Below, piece after piece: positions 23,612-30,359 of a DNA stretch of 30,359 nt. The position numbers were made by a program, and so were the translations under genes. The notes beneath the pieces were generated by a model, which saw only the letters and a program-made list of their open reading frames with translations, made no database searches and was not told the DNA's origin. Location of the stretch: positions 1-30,359 of the IMG/VR virus record IMGVR_UViG_3300020043_003704. One strand, written 5' to 3'. This DNA comes from a virus. Taxonomy: Duplodnaviria; Caudoviricetes. The stretch's first letter is position 1. Each line of letters opens with the position of its first letter.

Positions 23612-25459
23612 TTACCCTCCAAGCGTTGCGCTCGATATGATGTTGCGATCTAAGGATTGGGCCGTTGTAACGTTATTGGCTACGACATAGGCTTGCACTG
23701 GTGTTTGTTCCTTTGCACCAATTGCACCCGCTAATTGATTGACACCAGTTGCGCCAACAACATTGAATTGAGGTGGCATTGTACCTCCTCCGCCTCCGCC
23801 TCCTAAATTTGGAGTACTCGATCCACTTGCGTCAGTTGAAAGTATTTTTTTAATTTGCAAAGCTGAGAATGCTCCAGCAAGTCCCGCTTGAATATAAGGG
23901 TATGCAGGAAATCCAATTGTAATCGGAGAGGCTTGAGCAGTTGTATACGCGCTTTGCACACCTTGATATCCGCTTATTGTAGCTTGAGCAACCGCTAAGG
24001 CCTTACCTACTGCTGAGCCTTTGCCTGCAATTTCTCCAATCAAAGCCATTGTATTTTGAGCTATATCGAGTTTGGCATTTGCTACTGCTCGATCACGTTC
24101 AAGCGATTGCTTTGCGATTTCATCGTCTTTCTTTTTTTGCTCCTCTTTTGTTAGGTTCTCTTGGTCTTGATATTTTTGAGCAATAGCAGTACGCTCAAGA
24201 GCAAAGGCGTCAGTTAATACCGTAGTGTCTTGACCTAATTTTGTAGCAAGTGCAATTTGGTCTTCATATTTTTTATCAATCGCCGCCGTTTCAATTTCTT
24301 GTTGAGTCATTGTTGACTCGGTAATTAATTTTTCAGCGTCTTGATTTGCCTTGTATAAGTTGTCAAAATCCTCTTGTATTTTTTCAGCTTTTATTTTTGC
24401 TAATTCTGCTAATTCCTCAGCCTCTTTTTGACGCGCTGCATATCGCTCTTCCGCAAGTTTTTTATCGATTGCTGCTTGTGTGTCGCTAATTTGTTTGCCA
24501 TGTGTAGCTCTTAAAACGCGCTCGTCTTGCAAGGCTTGGTCAAGTTTCTCTTGGTCATCCTTATATAATTTTTGTTTATTTTTTAGATTCTCAAGCTCTA
24601 AACTATAAGTATCTTTACCCGATGCTTTTAATACCGCTATTCGGTTTTCGTTGTCTTTTACCAATTTAGCTAATGCCTCAGCCGCTGCCGCATCTCTTTG
24701 GCTTTGTCGCTCTTTTGCTGCACCTTGCTCGTAGTTACCAACAACGTCAAAACCTTTTTTTATCTCCTCAATTGCACCTTTAAAATCGCCGCTAATCAAT
24801 TGCCCTAACGCTTTGAATGGTGCAAGGATGTAATTTTTAATTACATTACCCGCCCCGAAAGCGTACTCCTTTAATTTATTAAATACGTTTCCAATATTGT
24901 TAAGCGCAGGAAACGCCTCTTTTACTGAGGCTACAATTGCCTCCCAATTGGCAACGATTAACCCAAGTGATACAACCAAAAGACCTATCCCAGTCGCACC
25001 GATTCCCGCTTTAATTCCTTTGAGCGCATCGGTTGCAACGGCTTTGAGTTGCTTGAATGAGTCGCGGCTTTCTCCTAACGCTTGCAATCCTTGAGACAAA
25101 GCCATCGCGCTTTGCACTTTTAAAAGCGACTCCTCTAAGTTTTTATTTTCAACACCTGCCAAATTGAGCGCGCCTTGATAAGCTGAGAACCCAGCGGCAA
25201 CACCCGACAAAGACGAGGTTAAAGCCTTAAATTTAGCGTCGGGATTGAATGCGTCAGTCAACGCTTTGGCATCACCGATTCGATCCTTTAATTCTCCCGC
25301 ACGTTTGGCCGCATTAATCGCCTCCGCTGACGTTGCTCCAAATTTATCCGACAACGCGGCGACCTCAGCTTGCGCAGCTTTTAACTGCGAGCGTAAAGAG
25401 CCAACCGCCTCGTTGACGTTGCCTTGTACTTTTATGTCTATAACCTTCTCTATTGCCAT
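23612..25459 (-). CDS. Tape measure protein
   Basis: Ala/Lys-rich helical protein with KVQSAMALSQG, TGIGLLVV TM-like segment, long coiled coil and FNVVG/VQAYVV tail. Confidence 0.85.
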   Translation of the reverse strand: MAIEKVIDIKVQGNVNEAVGSLRSQLKAAQAEVAALSDKFGATSAEAINAAKRAGELKDRIGDAKALTDAFNPDAKFKALTSSLSGVAAGFSAYQGALNLAGVENKNLEESLLKVQSAMALSQGLQALGESRDSFKQLKAVATDALKGIKAGIGATGIGLLVVSLGLIVANWEAIVASVKEAFPALNNIGNVFNKLKEYAFGAGNVIKNYILAPFKALGQLISGDFKGAIEEIKKGFDVVGNYEQGAAKERQSQRDAAAAEALAKLVKDNENRIAVLKASGKDTYSLELENLKNKQKLYKDDQEKLDQALQDERVLRATHGKQISDTQAAIDKKLAEERYAARQKEAEELAELAKIKAEKIQEDFDNLYKANQDAEKLITESTMTQQEIETAAIDKKYEDQIALATKLGQDTTVLTDAFALERTAIAQKYQDQENLTKEEQKKKDDEIAKQSLERDRAVANAKLDIAQNTMALIGEIAGKGSAVGKALAVAQATISGYQGVQSAYTTAQASPITIGFPAYPYIQAGLAGAFSALQIKKILSTDASGSSTPNLGGGGGGGTMPPQFNVVGATGVNQLAGAIGAKEQTPVQAYVVANNVTTAQSLDRNIISSATLGG

Positions 25460-25587
25460 TTCAGTGCCTTTTTAAATAGTTGTAAATAGTTTTTTGTGTA
25501 CTCATATCGACCTTTGGCGATTGAGATTATTTCGTTTTTATCGTATTGCTCCGCTATTTTGAGCATTTGTAGTATATTATTAAGCAT
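25450..25587 (-). CDS. Small hypothetical protein (45 aa)
   Basis: Not in the ORF track: MLNNILQMLKIAEQYDKNEIISIAKGRYEYTKNYLQLFKKALKWQ; overlaps both neighbours by 8-10 nt. Confidence 0.65.
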   Translation of the reverse strand: MLNNILQMLKIAEQYDKNEIISIAKGRYEYTKNYLQLFKKALKWQ

Positions 25588-27994
25588 ATTGTAGGACTGG
25601 TAAAGTTATAATTGTTGAAACGCCTCCTCTAAAATATTCTAAAAATACCGCGTCAAGGCGATCCGCTGCCGTTGCATTTGCAGGAATAGTCACGTCGAGT
25701 AAAATATCGGTATCGTTATCAGTTGAAAGCGTATAGCTCAAAAAGTCGCTTGACAATTTTACGTCAAAAGTGTCGTAATCATTGCGGTAAATTATGTATT
25801 GAACCTCTTGAGCCGTGTTATCGACTTGTAAAGTTTGAATATTTGAAAAACGCAAGTAAGTTGTGTTTTGTCTTACATCTCTAAAATCGTTTATTAACTC
25901 CAAATTGACTTCACCTGTTGTAAGGTCGGTTGTCATCGTGTTGATTAAATAGCGTTTATTTGATAACGCAATTCGATCATTGATTTTAATCGATGTCAAT
26001 AATTGAGTGCCTAAATGCGCCTTAACTTTTAAAACGCGAGTTCGTTGGTTGTAAAGGTTATTTATATACTGGCTATAAAATTGTTGATACAATCCGTTTG
26101 GTGCAAATGATAAATTCCAAACTGAATTCTCAACGCCCCAATTTAACGTTTGAAGGTATGACAAGTCAGTTCCTGCAAGTTGTATTTCATTTGAAAAACG
26201 ACGGTATTTATTTGATAAAATATTTGCACCGCTTGAATTTTTAAAATATATCGAATTTGTTGAGGCACCCTCAAAAGTTTCGATACCATTGTCATACATT
26301 AAAATAGGTTTTGGAGTGTATGGTTGTAGGTTTTTATTCCACATGGTAGCGGTTAAAAAATCAGTTCCCGTAGTACGCTCCCACATTACATCCTCAAAAG
26401 GTGTTTTAACTTCGTATTTATCGGTAAAGGCTGAGTTTGGATTGTCAAAAAATAAATCGCCGTACTCAAGTGGCGGATTCATTTCCCTGTAGTTTGTGTT
26501 TAAAACGTTCTCCGATTTTTCGTGTTTGAAATCAATTCTTTTGAATAATTTAGGTTTATTAATTTCAATATCCTCAGCTTCGACGTACTCGGTCAAATCT
26601 ATATCAGCTCCGTTTTGATACCACATTTCTACAGGCACAAAATCAAATGTATCCTCAGCAGTTGGCACAATTACCATATTAAACATCTTAACCAATCCTG
26701 TGATAAAATCGCTAACTTTAATATCGGGAACTAAACTTGGAATGTTTAACTGTCCGCTTGTGGTTTGTGAAGAGGAAGTTGCATCTTCAGCAATTCCAAA
26801 ATATCCACCCGTAAAAGGTGTTTCTAATGTAGATAATTTATAACCGCTAAAAGATAATTGAGTATAAAAAGTTACTGCGCCAATATCTGAATTTATAAAA
26901 AATGTAAAATTATATGTTTCTGTAAATAAGCCAATACGCCAAAAAAAAGTATTTTGACTATTTCCATTTAAATTTAAAAAAGATAAATAAGGAACTCCAT
27001 TATTATAAACGTGAACGTTATAATTTGTTGAGCTTGTAACAACTCTCAGTTCATATTGTACACCATCAGGGAAAAAAGTATCGGGATCAGTATATGGATA
27101 TGGTGGGTATAAACTCGTAGTTATATTCCAATCCATTTCATATTGCCTATATTGTACATTTAAAGTGTTTGTTATAGGGTCTAAACCTGTAACACCAAAC
27201 GGTAAATCAACTTGCGTTAAATAACTTCTAAAAACCATTTTATCAGCATTTTTGCAATACAAAAACAATTTGCTGAAAGTCTGACTATTTAAAAATTCTC
27301 CTGTAAATGTAAGTCCGTATTTTGATTGGATATACTCAAATATTTTTGTCACACGAATAGCAGGGAATAAATCCTCATAATTAATCCCACCACTAAGCAA
27401 AGTCACATCGTCTGCGGTATCGCCTGTTTGATATTCATACCTCCTATCGTTTCCAATAATGGGGAAATAAACATCCGTTGCAGTTGTTGAGTTCATAGTT
27501 GCAACAACTGAAGCTAAATTGTAATCTAAATTTAACTCACTTAATCGAGGCAAACTTGCGAGCTTATCCTCTAAAAATTTGTCCTTGAGTTGCACCAAAT
27601 TACCTACAAAATTAATTGTATAGCTTTCGATAAACCCATTCTTTTTATTGGCTTTGTCCATTGTAAACTTACCATCTCGAAAGGGGATTGTATCAATCTC
27701 GATAAATCCGTAGTATTTTATCCTATGGTCAAAAGCTCCATCCACGTTAAGCGGATTTGATTCGCTCGTTTCCCCGACTGCCGATTCATACCAGTGGCGC
27801 AAAACTGCATTGTTATGTTTGCTCGCGGGGATTGTAAACGACTGCGAGTAGTCAGTAAATAACTTACCAATGTCGTTGAAGTTTTGAACGCTTGAGGTAA
27901 CGCTTATTTTTTCGTCGTTAAATAATTCAATCCGATGCGCAACAGGTACACCAAGAGCATCGTCAACATAAATGTAAAGTTGTACTGTCTGCAT
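25580..27994 (-). CDS. Putative tail tip / hub protein
   Basis: 804 aa, beta-rich; IELFNDEKIS..SSVQ, FTDYSQSFTIPAS, PAIRV, PDIKVSDFI.GL.KMFN. Confidence 0.72.
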   Translation of the reverse strand: MQTVQLYIYVDDALGVPVAHRIELFNDEKISVTSSVQNFNDIGKLFTDYSQSFTIPASKHNNAVLRHWYESAVGETSESNPLNVDGAFDHRIKYYGFIEIDTIPFRDGKFTMDKANKKNGFIESYTINFVGNLVQLKDKFLEDKLASLPRLSELNLDYNLASVVATMNSTTATDVYFPIIGNDRRYEYQTGDTADDVTLLSGGINYEDLFPAIRVTKIFEYIQSKYGLTFTGEFLNSQTFSKLFLYCKNADKMVFRSYLTQVDLPFGVTGLDPITNTLNVQYRQYEMDWNITTSLYPPYPYTDPDTFFPDGVQYELRVVTSSTNYNVHVYNNGVPYLSFLNLNGNSQNTFFWRIGLFTETYNFTFFINSDIGAVTFYTQLSFSGYKLSTLETPFTGGYFGIAEDATSSSQTTSGQLNIPSLVPDIKVSDFITGLVKMFNMVIVPTAEDTFDFVPVEMWYQNGADIDLTEYVEAEDIEINKPKLFKRIDFKHEKSENVLNTNYREMNPPLEYGDLFFDNPNSAFTDKYEVKTPFEDVMWERTTGTDFLTATMWNKNLQPYTPKPILMYDNGIETFEGASTNSIYFKNSSGANILSNKYRRFSNEIQLAGTDLSYLQTLNWGVENSVWNLSFAPNGLYQQFYSQYINNLYNQRTRVLKVKAHLGTQLLTSIKINDRIALSNKRYLINTMTTDLTTGEVNLELINDFRDVRQNTTYLRFSNIQTLQVDNTAQEVQYIIYRNDYDTFDVKLSSDFLSYTLSTDNDTDILLDVTIPANATAADRLDAVFLEYFRGGVSTIITLPVLQYA

Positions 27995-29094
27995 TATACG
28001 ACGTCATTTATAAGGTTATAAGAGTACTCAAAGTCAATTGTGTAATTAATGTTTTTATCCTTCAATCGCGTTTTGAGTGCAGTCGATTTGCTCTTTACGT
28101 TTACTGGTTTGTTATCCAATAGCACCGTTTCGCTCAACATTAAATCAGTAATCACGTTGGCGAAATTCTCATCAACCCATCCTGTATTCAAAGTGACTGA
28201 TTGCTTACCTTTAAAATTGAACGATTGAAACTGATTTCGCAGCGGATTGTAATCCCAATTGTCGGGCAATAGTTGAAAAGTAGAGTTTTCAACTTGCAAA
28301 CTATTTGTTTGAGCCTTGAAAAATGTAAGGAATTGCCAGCCCCCGTATCGATTTATAAACTCGCAAATCACAGGGGTGTATTTAGCCTCACAAATTGGTA
28401 AAAATGTGACTGTTGGTTGCATCGTTTCAATAAGTTCGCTCTCGATTGTTACATCGTTTCCGAAGTTATGGTCTGAAATTCCCGCGTCTTTTGCGGGTAT
28501 CATAAACATATAAGTGTCCGCAGGGAAACTATCGTCTAAAATTACTCGAGTGCTTGAGCTTAAAGTTCGTCGATTTGTCCATTTTACCTCAGTAAGTGAC
28601 TCGCCATCATGCTCAATTAATACGTTAAAATATGGCAAATCAATTTGAGGCAAATCCTCGTTATAATATTGCTTAATATCTGGATTTGTAAGGTAGACAA
28701 TTGGCCCGTTTGTAACTTGATTTGCGCCACCCATGTATGACGTAAACCCATTCACACCAATGTAGTTAATCTCACGAACTGGATACCAAGTTTTATCACC
28801 ATCAAGTTGGTAATTCCACTCAGCGTGAACGTATACCCAAACATCGTTTGACTCTTCGTGAGGAGCCACTCTTGGTTCCGCATCAATTGGCATGATTTTC
28901 TCAGCGATAAAAGAAGCGATGTTAAATACAATCGCAGGAGATGCATCCGAAACAATTTTTTTCTCAAGGGTGTATGTTGCATCAGTCGGCTCGGTTTCGC
29001 CTTTATGCCAAATCCACAATTTAACCTGCGCTGCAACTTGGTCGGTCTCATCGACTTCTATAAAATAAGGCGATCTAACGTTTAATATTTTCAT
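27994..29094 (-). CDS. Putative distal tail protein
   Basis: NVRSPY; C-terminal FINRYGGWQ...LNTGWV...LMLSE.V...INYTIDF. Confidence 0.65.
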   Translation of the reverse strand: MKILNVRSPYFIEVDETDQVAAQVKLWIWHKGETEPTDATYTLEKKIVSDASPAIVFNIASFIAEKIMPIDAEPRVAPHEESNDVWVYVHAEWNYQLDGDKTWYPVREINYIGVNGFTSYMGGANQVTNGPIVYLTNPDIKQYYNEDLPQIDLPYFNVLIEHDGESLTEVKWTNRRTLSSSTRVILDDSFPADTYMFMIPAKDAGISDHNFGNDVTIESELIETMQPTVTFLPICEAKYTPVICEFINRYGGWQFLTFFKAQTNSLQVENSTFQLLPDNWDYNPLRNQFQSFNFKGKQSVTLNTGWVDENFANVITDLMLSETVLLDNKPVNVKSKSTALKTRLKDKNINYTIDFEYSYNLINDVV

Positions 29095-29626
29095 TTACTA
29101 CATATTTTAAAAATGATTCCAAGTCTAAACCGTATTTTTCGGCTATAACTTGGTCAAAGTTTTGGTATTCTAAATCAAATGCCGAGCGGAAAAATTTAGT
29201 CTCGGGTGTTCCTTTCATGTAAATACTTCGGCTAATCATTGACACCATTTGCTTTCGCGTTGTGAAACGACCATCTTTTCCTCTTGTTCCTGCTAATCCT
29301 TTACGAACAACCCATTTATCAATAGAAGCTCTTAAACCTCCCTTTTTGCCTGTCCCACTTCCAAATTGATAAGGCGAGTTTGGTGCTTTATTTCCACTTA
29401 CTTTTCCTTTTACACCATAGTCAAGGAATTTCCAATACGACTCAGCAAAGAAATCAAACTCCAACGAGTTTGGGTTTATCTTTGTTTTAAAAGTAAGCGA
29501 CCTTGACAGGTTTCCGCTTGTATCGTGTGAACCATATTTGCCACCTTGTTTTAAATTGGCCTGCGCTCGCTGAACAACTAACGCGCCGAAATCATTTAGG
29601 GCCTGTTGAACTATTTTAGTTTCCAT
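29075..29626 (-). CDS. Putative neck / tail completion protein (HK97 gp10-like)
   Basis: Basic protein; TSGNLSRS, FLDYGV, ISRSIYMKG..ETKFF. Confidence 0.65.
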   Translation of the reverse strand: METKIVQQALNDFGALVVQRAQANLKQGGKYGSHDTSGNLSRSLTFKTKINPNSLEFDFFAESYWKFLDYGVKGKVSGNKAPNSPYQFGSGTGKKGGLRASIDKWVVRKGLAGTRGKDGRFTTRKQMVSMISRSIYMKGTPETKFFRSAFDLEYQNFDQVIAEKYGLDLESFLKYVVNENIKR

Positions 29627-30080
29627 CGCAGCACACGCTAAATTGGTCGTTTGGAACGCTTAACTCAATGTCACATTTCCAACCGTCTAAGGCATTTGTG
29701 AACGCCATAAATATCGGCTGTAAATTTGGCTCGTTCTGCAACTCGATGTCGTTATCGTTGCGTCTGAGCTGCATCTTTGTAATCATGTAGTTGAGTATCG
29801 CGTGGCAAGTGTTTAGGTTGTCGAGTTCGTTGTCGTTGCCTAAAAATTTGTCCTTGATTTGCACCTTTGACATATTGCGAATGTCAACCACCGCAACCTC
29901 AAAAGTGAAAGTCACAACGCCAGTACTAACGACTGACGATAGTACGTTGATGTGAGCTAAGGGAAATATATTTTTTTTTACGTTGTCGATTATGTCCGTG
30001 CCTTGAGTGATTGTGTTAAGGAGCGGCGCACTTTCGAGCGTGGTTTTTATGTAATCAATTGCTTGGTAAAATGTTCTCAT
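29616..30080 (-). CDS. Putative tail terminator
   Basis: Acidic, 154 aa; IFPLAHI, FTNALDGW. Confidence 0.6.
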   Translation of the reverse strand: MRTFYQAIDYIKTTLESAPLLNTITQGTDIIDNVKKNIFPLAHINVLSSVVSTGVVTFTFEVAVVDIRNMSKVQIKDKFLGNDNELDNLNTCHAILNYMITKMQLRRNDNDIELQNEPNLQPIFMAFTNALDGWKCDIELSVPNDQFSVCCDGN

Positions 30081-30334
30081 TTCATTTGTTTTTTAATTTG
30101 TCTCGCTTCCTCTGCCGACTCATCGATTAGGTAAGATAATAGCGTGAGTGATTCATGAATAGGCTCTTTTCCCACATCTCGAACGTGGATTCTAAGTTCA
30201 CGCGACAATCGAACAAAGCTTTGATACCAACCCCAGCGTTCTCCAAAATTTCCTCCAAATTCAGTCCCTCCCTCGCTGCTTTGGCCTCCAAATGCAATAG
30301 GGTATTGCTCAACAATTCCTTGTTTAAAGTCCAA
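30077..30334 (-). CDS. -1 frameshift extension of the tail chaperone (gpGT-like; fusion about 247 aa)
   Basis: The -1 frame ORF has only a TTG 'start' inside the T9 run (CTT TTT TTT TGG). It encodes LDFKQGIVEQYP...FGERWGWYQSF, and its TGA overlaps the ATG of the next gene (ATGA). Confidence 0.72.
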   Translation of the reverse strand: MDFKQGIVEQYPIAFGGQSSEGGTEFGGNFGERWGWYQSFVRLSRELRIHVRDVGKEPIHESLTLLSYLIDESAEEARQIKKQMK

Positions 30335-30359
30335 AAAAAAAGCATCGAGCCAACCACAA
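30127..30359 (-). CDS. Putative tail assembly chaperone, 3' part (0 frame)
   Basis: In-frame continuation of the 581 ORF across the repeat; stop TAA at 30127-30129. Confidence 0.8.
   Translation of the reverse strand, partial: VVGSMLFFWTLNKELLSNTLLHLEAKAAREGLNLEEILENAGVGIKALFDCRVNLESTFEMWEKSLFMNHSRYYLT
30239..30359. repeat. Terminal direct repeat, right copy
   Basis: Identical to 1-121. Confidence 0.97.

Noticed and set aside
888-29085. Plus-strand ORFs in the track (e.g. 3613..4140, 13619..13951, 21818..22225)
   Set aside because: All are antisense to convincing minus-strand genes and have no recognisable motifs.
1-30359. Stop-codon reassignment or tRNA genes
   Set aside because: Genes tile densely under the standard code using TAA, TAG and TGA as stops, and no cloverleaf was noticed in the few intergenic gaps.

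Overview
This is an apparently complete circular genome of a small tailed, siphovirus-like phage: 30,238 bp of unique sequence, with positions 1-121 repeated exactly at 30239-30359. A Bacteroidota (Flavobacteria-like) host is likely, given TAnnTTTG/TTG promoters and AT-rich translation starts lacking Shine-Dalgarno sites. All credible genes are on the minus strand. In transcription order: small early genes, a DnaA-domain-IV-like protein and an SSB-like protein; an AT-rich inverted-repeat region (likely origin); a tandem-HTH protein, Prim-Pol/DUF3987 primase-helicase, DCL-like protein, SF2 helicase, NUMOD4-HNH-AP2 endonuclease, VRR-NUC nuclease, ECF-like sigma factor, TerS and TerL. A rearranged virion module follows (frameshifting tail chaperone across the contig junction, tail terminator, neck, distal tail, hub, tape measure, protease-scaffold, capsid, tail tube, portal, adaptor, tail fibre), then a lysis cassette (holins, GH24 endolysin, metallophosphoesterase, unimolecular spanin). 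No integrase, repressor or DNA polymerase is recognisable. The most notable non-coding signals are: (i) three sequence-divergent but architecturally alike loop-pairing ('kissing') RNA leaders ahead of nuclease/DNA-binding genes; (ii) a late-promoter motif ACAAA-N10-TCAGTTAT-N6-ATG in three copies, implying leaderless late mRNAs; (iii) a possible pseudoknot in the SSB leader; (iv) a -1 slippery site with a long dual-coded overlap. All product calls come from motif recognition by eye, not database searches.
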